A DNA stretch of 64,000 nt from an uncultured Bacteroidota bacterium (GTDB lineage Bacteria > Bacteroidota > Bacteroidia > Bacteroidales > VadinHA17): NCBI GenBank assembly GCA_963843415.1, contig CAWJKD010000005.1, forward strand, positions 563,059 to 627,058, written 5' to 3'. Position numbers and translations under genes: made by a program. A model generated the notes under the pieces. The model made no database searches and was not told the DNA's origin. It saw nothing but the letters and a program-made list of their open reading frames with translations. Shown here piece by piece: positions 45,137 to 54,356 of this stretch. Each line of letters begins with the position of its first letter. The stretch's first letter is position 1.

Positions 45137-47545
45137 ATGAAACAGAATGAGAATTCAGCTATCCGATTGAGCAAAGAGTATATTCTTGCTGATTTCCGGC
45201 TGGCAAACCTTAGCCGCCAGCTTAGTATTATTGGCCGTCGTGAAGTGCTGACTGGAAAAGCAAAATTCGGGATTTTCGGCGACGGAAAAGAGATCGCACA
45301 GATCGCTATGGCTAAACAATTTAATAATGGTGACTGGCGATCGGGGTATTACAGGGATCAGACCTGGATGATGGCGATGGATTTATATACTCCACTGGAA
45401 TTCTTTCATCAGCTTTACGGGAATACTGACAGAGCTGTTTTTACGGGAAGCGGAGGCAGGGTATTCAATAATCACTTTTCGGTACCGAATATCAATCCGG
45501 ACGGAAGCTGGAAGGATCTTACGAAGCAGAAAAATTCATCTGCAGATATATCACCTACAGCTGGCCAGATGCCCCGGTTGCTGGGACTTGCTTATGCTTC
45601 AAAATTGTTTCGTCAGAATAAGGATCTTCATGGTTATACTTCGTTTTCATTAAAAGGTAATGAGGTTGCATTCGGTTCAATAGGAGATGCAAGCACTTCT
45701 GAAGGTCATTTCTGGGAAACGATGAATGCTGCAGGTGTCTTACAGGTGCCCATGGCAGTTTCAGTGTATGATGACGGTTATGGGATCTCTGTTCCTAAAG
45801 AGTATCAGACAACAAAAGGGAGTATCTCAGATATTTTAAAAGGTTTTGAGAGCGAAGAGGGGAAGCCCGGAATTAAGATCTTTAAAGGGAAAGGATGGGA
45901 TTATCAGGGACTGGTAAAGCTTTATGAAGAAGGTATTGCCCTTTGCAGAAGGGATCATGTTCCTGTGCTTTTTCATATCGAAGACATGACCCAGCCGCTA
46001 GGCCATTCAACATCAGGTTCTCACGAACGTTACAAGAGTCCTGAAAGATTGAAATGGGAGGATGAGTTCGATCCGATAAAGAAAATGAGAGAATGGATTA
46101 TAGATCAGAAGATTGCAACTTCTGAAGAACTTGACATGATTACAGCAGAGACTGAAAATGAGGCTAAAGAGGCACGGAAAAAGGGATGGGAAATGTTTCA
46201 GAGTCCGATGAATATAGAACGGGATGCTCTTGTGAAAATCATAGGAGCACGTAAATGCCGGTGCCATGAAGAGGTTAAAGAAGCATCAGTTGATAAAATA
46301 ACCGATGACCTTGTGAAAGTCATCTCACCTATCAGAAAGGATAATTTTATGGCTGCGCGGAAAATCCTGAGGAATGTTTGTGAATCGTGTAATAAGGCTG
46401 ACAATCTGAAAGATGAACTGCACGGATGGCTGAAACGTAATTATGCTATCGCCTCCGAAAGTTATGATGCTTTTCTTTATAATGAAACTCCGACATCTGT
46501 TCTGAATGTTAAACCGGTACCTCCGGTATATTCTGAAAATTCGATCGAAGTGCCGGGAAGGCAGGTGCTACGGGATAATTATGAAAAACTTTTCACAAAA
46601 TATCCCTTACTGGTGACATTTGGTGAAGATACCGGATACATAGGAGGTGTGAACCAGTCGCTGGAGGGATTGCAGAAAAAATTCGGAGAGTTACGCATAA
46701 CCGACACTGGTATCAGGGAAGCAACAATTCTTGGACAGGGAATAGGACTTGCTTTGAGAGGGATGCGTCCGATTGCCGAAATACAGTACCTCGATTATCT
46801 GATGTATGCCCTCCAGATCCTTAGTGATGACCTTGCAACAACACATTACAGAACTGCGGGCAGAATGGTTGCTCCTCTGATCATTTCAACAAGGGGACAC
46901 CGGCTTGAAGGCATCTGGCATTCCGGATCACCAATGAGTATGCTCATCAATTCAGTACGGGGTGTTTATGTATGTGCACCCAGGGATATGACCAGAGCCG
47001 CAGGATTCTACAATACACTGCTCGAAGGAAATGACCCCGCAATAGTTATTGAACCTCTGAACGGTTACAGGCTTAAGGAAAAAATGCCTGATAATCCGGG
47101 TGAATTCCGGATCCAGCTTGGTGTTCCTGAAGTAATTTTGACCGGAAGCGATATTACAATCGTGACTTACGGATCGACAGTAAGAATAGCTGCAGAAGCC
47201 GCAAAACAACTTGCGGCACATAACATATCTGTTGAATTAATAGATGTTCAGACGCTTGTCCCATTTGACACTCACGGAATCATTGTTGATTCAGTAAAAA
47301 AAACGAACAGGTTATTATTACTGGATGAAGATGTGCCCGGAGGAACAACAGCCTTTATGATGCAGCAGATCCTTGAAAAACATGGCGGTTGGAATTTCCT
47401 TGATTCACCTCCGAGAACTCTTACAGGTAAAGAACACAGACCTGCGTATACAACTGATGGAGATTATTTTTCAAAACCAAGTGCTGAGGATATCTTTGAT
47501 GCAGTTTATGGAATGATGAAGGAAGCAATACCACATAAATTTTAA
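45137..47545 (+). CDS. 2-oxoacid dehydrogenase E1 component, fused alpha/beta (TPP-dependent)
   Basis: 802 aa. The alpha part carries a TPP motif (GDASTSEGHFWE.MN) and the beta part has a transketolase-like Pyr/C-terminal region (ITDTGIREA..LG...GLA..G.RP). Confidence 0.8.
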   Translation: MKQNENSAIRLSKEYILADFRLANLSRQLSIIGRREVLTGKAKFGIFGDGKEIAQIAMAKQFNNGDWRSGYYRDQTWMMAMDLYTPLEFFHQLYGNTDRAVFTGSGGRVFNNHFSVPNINPDGSWKDLTKQKNSSADISPTAGQMPRLLGLAYASKLFRQNKDLHGYTSFSLKGNEVAFGSIGDASTSEGHFWETMNAAGVLQVPMAVSVYDDGYGISVPKEYQTTKGSISDILKGFESEEGKPGIKIFKGKGWDYQGLVKLYEEGIALCRRDHVPVLFHIEDMTQPLGHSTSGSHERYKSPERLKWEDEFDPIKKMREWIIDQKIATSEELDMITAETENEAKEARKKGWEMFQSPMNIERDALVKIIGARKCRCHEEVKEASVDKITDDLVKVISPIRKDNFMAARKILRNVCESCNKADNLKDELHGWLKRNYAIASESYDAFLYNETPTSVLNVKPVPPVYSENSIEVPGRQVLRDNYEKLFTKYPLLVTFGEDTGYIGGVNQSLEGLQKKFGELRITDTGIREATILGQGIGLALRGMRPIAEIQYLDYLMYALQILSDDLATTHYRTAGRMVAPLIISTRGHRLEGIWHSGSPMSMLINSVRGVYVCAPRDMTRAAGFYNTLLEGNDPAIVIEPLNGYRLKEKMPDNPGEFRIQLGVPEVILTGSDITIVTYGSTVRIAAEAAKQLAAHNISVELIDVQTLVPFDTHGIIVDSVKKTNRLLLLDEDVPGGTTAFMMQQILEKHGGWNFLDSPPRTLTGKEHRPAYTTDGDYFSKPSAEDIFDAVYGMMKEAIPHKF

Positions 47546-47605
47546 TAATTATTCCTGATAAGCTTAATTATAAAATTGTGTAATTTGGTATGCCAAAAAT
47601 AATGT

Positions 47606-48193
47606 ATGGAACCGGAAGTTGATCTGTTTACAATTCTCCCTGAGGATAAGATCCCGGAAAAAGGTAAGATATTGATATCGGAACCTTTTCTGCCTGACAC
47701 TTTTTTCAACCGGACGATTGTTTATCTTGCCGATCATAACAGCGATGGTTCTGTTGGTTTTATACTGAATAAGAAACTTGATATAAAAGTGTGCGATGCC
47801 ATTTCAGGTTTTGATAAATGGAAAGAGTACCTTAGCATGGGAGGTCCTGTATCTCCTGATACACTTCATTACCTGCATAATCAGGGTCAGAGAATCCCGA
47901 AAAGTGTCCTGGTTGATGAGAATATTTTCTGGGGAGGGGATATCGATCTGATCCGTAGTCTTATAAAAAACGGGGCAATTGCTAAATCACAAATTCGATT
48001 TTTCCTGGGGTACTCAGGGTGGTCTGCAGGGCAGCTTGAACGTGAACTCAAAGAAAATTCATGGATCATTGTAAAAGTAAAAAACGATATAGTCCTCAAT
48101 AATGTGGATGATGCATGGAAGAGAGTTCTGAGAAGCTTAAACAATAAATACAGGATGTGGGCCGATTTCCCTGAATCGCCTGATATGAACTAA
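47606..48193 (+). CDS. YqgE/AlgH family protein
   Basis: 195 aa. LISEPFL.D..F.R.V.YL..HN..GS.GFILNK...GGPV. Confidence 0.8.
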   Translation: MEPEVDLFTILPEDKIPEKGKILISEPFLPDTFFNRTIVYLADHNSDGSVGFILNKKLDIKVCDAISGFDKWKEYLSMGGPVSPDTLHYLHNQGQRIPKSVLVDENIFWGGDIDLIRSLIKNGAIAKSQIRFFLGYSGWSAGQLERELKENSWIIVKVKNDIVLNNVDDAWKRVLRSLNNKYRMWADFPESPDMN

Positions 48194-49200
48194 ACATGCA
48201 TTATTTTAAATACCAGCTCCCTGAGCAGATCCCCGGGTTCGCTGCTCAGATCCCCGAAACCTTTCGATTTCATATCATACTGGCGAAGAAGACTGATAAC
48301 CTGAACTGTCTTTGCTACATTATAGATTGAAGCAGATACCTCATAATCCTTCACAAAATATGGATTGACCTTCAGCATTGAAGCGACATTATTTTTCGAT
48401 TTATCGGTGAGATAATGAAATGTCAGCAGTTTGCTGAAATAGGCAAATAATGAAGCTATTGAGAGTGTGATTGGATTGTCTTTGGAATTATTTGCGAAGT
48501 GATGAACTATCAGATTGGCCTTCAATATATTTCTCTCTCCGACCGCTTTTTGAAGCTCAAAATTATTATAATCCTTGCTAATACCGATATTTTTCTCAAT
48601 CAATGAGGTAGTTATCAACGGCTTACCTGCAGGAAGGGTTATAAGAAGCTTTTCGAGTTCATTAGCTATTTTATGAAGATCAGTACCCAGATATTCTGTA
48701 AGCATGGCACTTGCATTAGGGTCAGCTTTGATGCCTTTATTCATAAGATATCTTTCGATCCAGGCTGGTAACTGGTAATCACGCAGTCTGGCTGATTCAA
48801 AATAGACAGCCTGGGTGTCGAGTGCTTTAAAAAGCTTTGTTCGTTTGTCGAGTGATTTATACTTATAGTTTATAACGAGGATTGTAGAATTGAGTGGTTT
48901 CTCAACATAAAAAATAAGGTCATCAATTTTTTTTAGCGACTGAGCTTCCTTTACTATCACAACCTGATGGCTTGACATCATAGGGAATCGTCTGGAAGTT
49001 TCACTTATTGAAGCAACGGAGGTCTCTTCACCATAAAGAACAATCTGGTTGAATGATTTCTCAGCCTCAGTAAGTACATTCTCTTCTATATATTCTGAGA
49101 TAAGATCAATGTAATACGGTTCTTCACCTGCCAGAAAGTAGACCGGTTTGAAGATCCTTTTTTTCAGATCTGAGATTATTTCTTCGTAGGTAACAGGCAT
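48190..49200 (-). CDS. holA: DNA polymerase III subunit delta
   Basis: 336 aa. The N-terminus, ...KPVYFLAGEEPYYID, and overall length fit HolA. Convergent 4-nt overlap with the previous gene. Confidence 0.75.
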   Translation of the reverse strand: MPVTYEEIISDLKKRIFKPVYFLAGEEPYYIDLISEYIEENVLTEAEKSFNQIVLYGEETSVASISETSRRFPMMSSHQVVIVKEAQSLKKIDDLIFYVEKPLNSTILVINYKYKSLDKRTKLFKALDTQAVYFESARLRDYQLPAWIERYLMNKGIKADPNASAMLTEYLGTDLHKIANELEKLLITLPAGKPLITTSLIEKNIGISKDYNNFELQKAVGERNILKANLIVHHFANNSKDNPITLSIASLFAYFSKLLTFHYLTDKSKNNVASMLKVNPYFVKDYEVSASIYNVAKTVQVISLLRQYDMKSKGFGDLSSEPGDLLRELVFKIMHV

Positions 49201-49201
49201 A

Positions 49202-49972
49202 TTAAAATCTGAGGTGTTTGACGGAGATTCCGTTATCCTTTATCTCCCGGAGTGAATCAATACCAATTTTAAGGTGGGTTTCAACAAATTTACCTGTCAC
49301 CTTGTTGTCACTTGCCGCCGTCTTTATACCTGTCGATATCATTGGCTGATCAGATACAAGCAACAAAGCTCCTGTTGGTATCTCATTTGCAAAACCTACA
49401 GTAAATATCGTAGCTGTTTCCATGTCAATTGCCATTGCACGGGTTTTTACAAGGTATTTCTTGAACCTGTCGTCATATTCCCAAACCCTTCTGTTTGTCG
49501 TATATACAGTACCTGTCCAGTATTCTTTTTTATAGCGTATTATTGTTGCCGAGATAGCGCTCTGAAGCTTGAATGCAGGTAACGCAGGGACCTCCAGCGG
49601 AAGGTAATCATTAGATGTCCCATCACTTCTGATTGCTGCAATCGGAAGGATAAGATCACCAACCATATTTTTCTTTTTAAGTCCGCCGCATTTGCCCAGG
49701 AATAATACCGCGTTAGGATTTACGGCGCTCAGCAGGTCCATTACTGTCGCAGCATTAGGACTTCCCATACCGAAGTTAATTATTGTTATCCCGTCAGATG
49801 ATGCGCTGGGCATATTTTTGTCTTTCCCTTCAACAGGAACATTATGCCACTTTGCAAATAATTCAACGTAATAGAGGAAGTTGGTCAGCAGGAAATATTT
49901 GTCAAAAGAGTCAATGCTCTTACCCGTATATCGTGGAAGCCAGTTATTAACAATCTCCTCTTTGGTTTTCAT
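49202..49972 (-). CDS. amn: AMP nucleosidase (short, catalytic-domain-only form)
   Basis: 256 aa. PNP_UDP-type fold (FGMGSPNAA; FLGKCGG; DMETA), preceded by the N-terminal W.PRYTG motif. Confidence 0.7.
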   Translation of the reverse strand: MKTKEEIVNNWLPRYTGKSIDSFDKYFLLTNFLYYVELFAKWHNVPVEGKDKNMPSASSDGITIINFGMGSPNAATVMDLLSAVNPNAVLFLGKCGGLKKKNMVGDLILPIAAIRSDGTSNDYLPLEVPALPAFKLQSAISATIIRYKKEYWTGTVYTTNRRVWEYDDRFKKYLVKTRAMAIDMETATIFTVGFANEIPTGALLLVSDQPMISTGIKTAASDNKVTGKFVETHLKIGIDSLREIKDNGISVKHLRF

Positions 49973-50030
49973 ATCAGGTATACTGTAAATATTATCTCAA
50001 TATATTTGTTTTCAAAAGTACAAAACTAAG

Positions 50031-50486
50031 TTGAAACAGTTACATCTGCCCGAATATTCATTCAGGATCATTAAGGAAGGTAAGAAAGAGATGATCTTTG
50101 ATCCGGCAAGAAAGAAGTATGTAAAACTTACCCCTGAAGAATGGGTTCGGCAGAATTTTATCCAGTACCTGGTTCAGGAAGGGAAGTACCCTCCAGGCTT
50201 ATTAGGTGTAGAAGTCATGTTTTTATATAACAGACTTAAGAAAAGGACTGATATACTGGTACATAACAGACAGGGTGAACCAGTGATGATTGTTGAATGC
50301 AAATCGCCTGATATAAAGCTTGATGATCAAGTTTTTGACCAGATTGCCACTTATAACCTTCAGTTCAAAGTTCCGTACCTTGTAGTGACTAATGGTCTGG
50401 TGCACTATGCATGCAAGTTTGACCCGGCGCAAAACAAATTTAATGACCTGCTGTCCATCCCTCTTTTTGATGATCTCTTAACCTGA
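50031..50486 (+). CDS. stand-alone HsdR-N-terminal-like PD-(D/E)xK domain protein
   Basis: 151 aa, TTG start. LTPEEWVRQ, then D(ILV)-x13-ECK, a nuclease-like core. Confidence 0.6.
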   Translation: MKQLHLPEYSFRIIKEGKKEMIFDPARKKYVKLTPEEWVRQNFIQYLVQEGKYPPGLLGVEVMFLYNRLKKRTDILVHNRQGEPVMIVECKSPDIKLDDQVFDQIATYNLQFKVPYLVVTNGLVHYACKFDPAQNKFNDLLSIPLFDDLLT

Positions 50487-50492
50487 AATGTT

Positions 50493-51488
50493 ATGATAAG
50501 AGTGACCTGTGCAATAATCAGGAATGAAGAAAACGAAGTTCTCGTGGTACAAAGAGGTGAGAATTGTGACCATCCCTTCAAATGGGAATTTCCGGGAGGG
50601 AAACAAATCATGGGAGAAACAGAAGAGGATTGCATTATCAGGGAGATTAAAGAGGAATTGTCAATGGATATTATCATTTACGGCCGGCTTGATAACGTTG
50701 AATACAACTATGGGAAGAAACATATTCTGCTTATTCCGTTTATATGCGACACACTTGACGAACTGCCTCACCTTTCTGAACATATAGCTTATAAATGGCA
50801 GGTGCCAGCCGGACTTATTGAAACTGACTTTTCAGAGGCCGATGTCATTGTAGCCGCCAGCTACCTTAAGAAAGTTAATAATGAGGAATTTAAGCCAGCT
50901 GAGACTCCTCGTTATGAAGAATCATCATTTGTTGATGAAGATCTCCGTGACATGATAAACAGGATGATTAGTTCAAAGGAGATTGAATGGATTGCCACGT
51001 CAGCGATCGAAAACCAGGCGATCTTTAAAAAGCTGCTTGAATATTCCTATTCCGGTGATCAAAAGCTTGCATTCCGATCTTCATGGGCACTCTCGAAAGT
51101 CTGCGATAGAGATCATGAAATTGTTTATCCTTTTTTACCACCGATAATCGGATCGCTGCAAAACCTTGACAATGAAAGTGCGGAACGATCGTTCCTCCGG
51201 ATCATATCCATGAGCGATATGCCCAGAGTTAGCAAAAAGTATCATGGTATGCTGGCTGATCATTGCTTTAACAGGTTGAGAACAGGATTTTCGGCCATTG
51301 CAATTAAAGCCTATTCTATGGAGATTATCTATAAGCTTGCAGTGATATATCCCGAACTGGCAAATGAGCTCTCTGCTTCAATTAGTATGCTTCAGGGAGA
51401 AGGTTCAGCAGGTATAATAGCAAGGGGGAAGATTATACTTAAAAAATTAGCTGAGCTCTCACATGAAAAAGGATCACCTCCTGCATAA
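50493..51488 (+). CDS. NUDIX hydrolase (MutT-like) with a ~200-aa helical C-terminal extension
   Basis: 331 aa. Nudix box GGKQIMGETEEDCIIREIKEELSM. Residues from about 135 to the end are helical-repeat-like with no motif I recognise. Confidence 0.75.
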   Translation: MIRVTCAIIRNEENEVLVVQRGENCDHPFKWEFPGGKQIMGETEEDCIIREIKEELSMDIIIYGRLDNVEYNYGKKHILLIPFICDTLDELPHLSEHIAYKWQVPAGLIETDFSEADVIVAASYLKKVNNEEFKPAETPRYEESSFVDEDLRDMINRMISSKEIEWIATSAIENQAIFKKLLEYSYSGDQKLAFRSSWALSKVCDRDHEIVYPFLPPIIGSLQNLDNESAERSFLRIISMSDMPRVSKKYHGMLADHCFNRLRTGFSAIAIKAYSMEIIYKLAVIYPELANELSASISMLQGEGSAGIIARGKIILKKLAELSHEKGSPPA

Positions 51489-51497
51489 TCCGAACCT

Positions 51498-52466
51498 TTA
51501 TTTCCTTGATTTAATAAAGCTGGCAATTTCATCTGTCAATCCTGATTTCAGAGGGAGATCAGGGTCAGAATATGTAGCCAGGTTCTTTTGTCTGTCAGCA
51601 TCTGCTGCCTTTAATATGTGATTCATATTATCAATCAGCAATAGTCTTGCATTGGGTTTCGCTTCGGATAGCAGCTTAGCATCCTCAACCAGTACCTGCA
51701 GATCGGTAGTTCCCTGGATTATCATTACCGGGATCCTGAGCTTTTTTATTTCAGCTGCCGGATCATATTTTATCCATGAGATCATATAAGGCTGGACGCT
51801 TGGCCGATACAATGATATTAAAACCGGATTAAACTGTGAGACGGTTTTGCCGGCTTTCAGGCTGTCCATTACTCTGTCTGACTCTTCAAGAAGCTGAGGG
51901 TTAACTTGATTTTTCAATTGTTCATGGATGATCTTATCAGCTGGTTTACCCGGTCCTGCTACTGAAATATATTTTGATACCTTAATCTTATTTGCGGCTA
52001 CCATTCCAATTAATGAGCCTTCACTATGCCCGAGAAGAATGATCTTCGAGAATCTTTTGTCTTTCTTTAGGAATGCTATCCAGTCAACGACATCATTTAT
52101 GTAGGTCTCAAACCTTAATTCACTTTCACTTGTTGCAGCGGCCTGGCTTTTGCCAATTGCACGCTTGTCATAACGCAAAACTGATATCCCATATTCAGCT
52201 AAACCTTCAGCCAGCATTTTATAACTGCCTGCTTTTACTCCCAGAGGACTGTTACCATCTCTGTCAGTCGGGCCGGAGCCTGCAATAATAATAACAACAG
52301 GAGATCTTCTGACATTAACCGGAATTGAGATTGTTCCGCTGATATTGCCGGTCGGAGTTTTTAAAAGGAGCTCAGTCTCAGTGAATGTAGTTTCAATTTT
52401 ATCCTGGGCTGTCATGCCCGGAGAAAAGATGATTATCAAAATCAGTAAGGAGAGGATCTTTTTCAT
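51498..52466 (-). CDS. secreted alpha/beta hydrolase
   Basis: 322 aa. Signal peptide and nucleophile elbow GHSEGS. Confidence 0.7.
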   Translation of the reverse strand: MKKILSLLILIIIFSPGMTAQDKIETTFTETELLLKTPTGNISGTISIPVNVRRSPVVIIIAGSGPTDRDGNSPLGVKAGSYKMLAEGLAEYGISVLRYDKRAIGKSQAAATSESELRFETYINDVVDWIAFLKKDKRFSKIILLGHSEGSLIGMVAANKIKVSKYISVAGPGKPADKIIHEQLKNQVNPQLLEESDRVMDSLKAGKTVSQFNPVLISLYRPSVQPYMISWIKYDPAAEIKKLRIPVMIIQGTTDLQVLVEDAKLLSEAKPNARLLLIDNMNHILKAADADRQKNLATYSDPDLPLKSGLTDEIASFIKSRK

Positions 52467-52579
52467 GTTGTTTTGTTGTGAGACTCAAAATTACAGGTTT
52501 TAATTGGAATCGGATTGATGATCCTTCAGCTTCTTCGACTTCTTTTTCCTATTTTTGCTGATAATCTATTTTTGTCGAA

Positions 52580-53194
52580 ATGCGTATTATTGATACAAGA
52601 GGCCAACAGTGTCCTGCCCCTATTATTGCCACGAAAAAAGCGCTGAAAGAGACAATCCCGGGAGAAACATTAAAGGTATTAACTGATAATCAGACCTCGC
52701 TGAATAACCTTAGCTGTTTCCTGAAGGATAATAACACAGAGTTTTCAGTAACCGGAGAAGAAGGAGTATGGGCTCTTACAATCTTAAAAAAAACCACCGT
52801 GGCCGGACAAAAACCGGCAGAAGAATATTGCAGCACTAAGATCCCGCACTTTGCTCACGGCAATTTTGTAATTGTCTTTTCTTCTGACAGGATGGGGGAA
52901 GGAGACTCTGAGCTTGGATCTCTTCTGATTGTTAATTTTATTAAAGCTGTAAAGGACCTTGAGATACTTCCGGGGAAAATGGTTTTTTATAACAGCGGCG
53001 TCAGGCTTGGTACTCCTGATTCTCCCGTAATAGCTCACCTTGAAGAGATTGAGAAAATGGGTGTGAACATGCTGTTCTGTGCAACCTGCGCAAAATATTA
53101 TTCACTTGAAGAAAAGATCAGGATCGGAGTTCTCAGTAATATGTTCGAAATTGCTCAGGTCATGACTTCTGCAAGTTCAATTATTAAACCCTGA
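52580..53194 (+). CDS. yedF: YedF-type selenium-metabolism protein (TusA-like + DsrE-like)
   Basis: 204 aa. IDTRGQQCPAPII (TusA CPxP motif), a C-terminal DsrE-like half, and adjacency to selD. Confidence 0.8.
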   Translation: MRIIDTRGQQCPAPIIATKKALKETIPGETLKVLTDNQTSLNNLSCFLKDNNTEFSVTGEEGVWALTILKKTTVAGQKPAEEYCSTKIPHFAHGNFVIVFSSDRMGEGDSELGSLLIVNFIKAVKDLEILPGKMVFYNSGVRLGTPDSPVIAHLEEIEKMGVNMLFCATCAKYYSLEEKIRIGVLSNMFEIAQVMTSASSIIKP

Positions 53195-53209
53195 TTTTAT
53201 GCAGTTTAT

Positions 53210-54247
53210 ATGAAAGTTGACCTTCTTCAGATGACAGAAAACGGAGGATGTTCCGCGAAGATCTCTCCAAAAATCCTTGAGGAGATCCTCAGATTCCTGC
53301 CATTACCTGAAGATCCGGATATTCTGGTTAATATTGATACTCATGATGATGCCGGCGTTTACAGGGTAAATGATGATCTTGCCCTTGTATTGACAACCGA
53401 CTTTTTCCCGCCTGTCTGCAGCGATCCTTATGAGTTTGGCCAGATTGCCGCCGCGAATGCTATCAGCGATATCTATGCAATGGGGGGAGAACCGGTACTG
53501 GCACTCAATATAATGATGTTCCCGGCAGCCAGACTGCCAATAGAAGCATATACCGATATACTCAGGGGAGGTTTTGACAAAGCTGCTGAAGCAGGTGTCA
53601 GGATTATAGGAGGACACACTATTGATGATTTCCCTCCAAAATACGGGATGGCTGTTGTCGGATTCATTCATCCAAAAAGAATTATTACTAATTCAGGTGC
53701 AAAACCTGGTGATTCATTGATAATTACTAAACCACTTGGAACAGGCACAATACTCGCAGGGAAAAGACTGGGCCTGGCTTCTGAATCTGAAGTTAATGAA
53801 GCATTGACATATATGAAGCTTCTTAACAGATCAGCTGCCGGTATAATGAAAAAGAATAACATATGGGGCGCCACTGATGTTACAGGATTTGGACTGGCAG
53901 GACATACCCTGAAGATGGCAAAAGCAAGCAATGTGTCTATATCTTTGAATTTGAGCAGATTGCCTTTGTTGTCCGGAGCTTACAGACTTACTGAGGAAGG
54001 GTGTATTCCCGGAGCATCCTTCCGAAATCTTGAATTTGCCGGGAATAATTCTTACTTTGAAAACGATCTGGATTATAATCTCAAAATGTTGGCATTTGAT
54101 GCTCAGACCTCCGGAGGATTGATAATGTGCGTGCCCCCGGAAAATAAGGATAAAGTAATGAGTGAACTGCATTCAGCCGGATTAATTCTCTCAGAGAGAA
54201 TTGGACATGTTTCTGAGAAAATGGATAAGCATCTGTATTTTTCCTGA
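53210..54247 (+). CDS. selD: selenide, water dikinase (Cys-type)
   Basis: 345 aa. The N-terminal GGCSAKISPK carries the catalytic Cys/Lys. Also has the AIR-synthase-like fold motifs DDAGV and DFF.P. Confidence 0.9.
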   Translation: MKVDLLQMTENGGCSAKISPKILEEILRFLPLPEDPDILVNIDTHDDAGVYRVNDDLALVLTTDFFPPVCSDPYEFGQIAAANAISDIYAMGGEPVLALNIMMFPAARLPIEAYTDILRGGFDKAAEAGVRIIGGHTIDDFPPKYGMAVVGFIHPKRIITNSGAKPGDSLIITKPLGTGTILAGKRLGLASESEVNEALTYMKLLNRSAAGIMKKNNIWGATDVTGFGLAGHTLKMAKASNVSISLNLSRLPLLSGAYRLTEEGCIPGASFRNLEFAGNNSYFENDLDYNLKMLAFDAQTSGGLIMCVPPENKDKVMSELHSAGLILSERIGHVSEKMDKHLYFS

Positions 54248-54285
54248 TTTAATGATAAAGATTAAAAAAAGTAAAAGTCTTCACT

Positions 54286-54316
54286 GATAGATAAAAGAAA
54301 ATTACTTTTATCTATC
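54286..54316. terminator. perfect 12-bp AT-rich hairpin between selD and the esterase gene
   Basis: GATAGATAAAAG (54286-54297), loop AAAATTA, then CTTTTATCTATC (54305-54316). There is no downstream U-tract, so a terminator role is uncertain. Confidence 0.35.
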
Positions 54317-54356
54317 CAAATGAAAAAAATCTAAACGGAACCACAATAAGTTTAAC

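Noticed and set aside
53210-54247. Selenocysteine-type SelD or other TGA recoding near the selenium genes
   Set aside because: The catalytic position is encoded by a Cys codon within one uninterrupted ORF. No neighbouring gene is split by an in-frame TGA.
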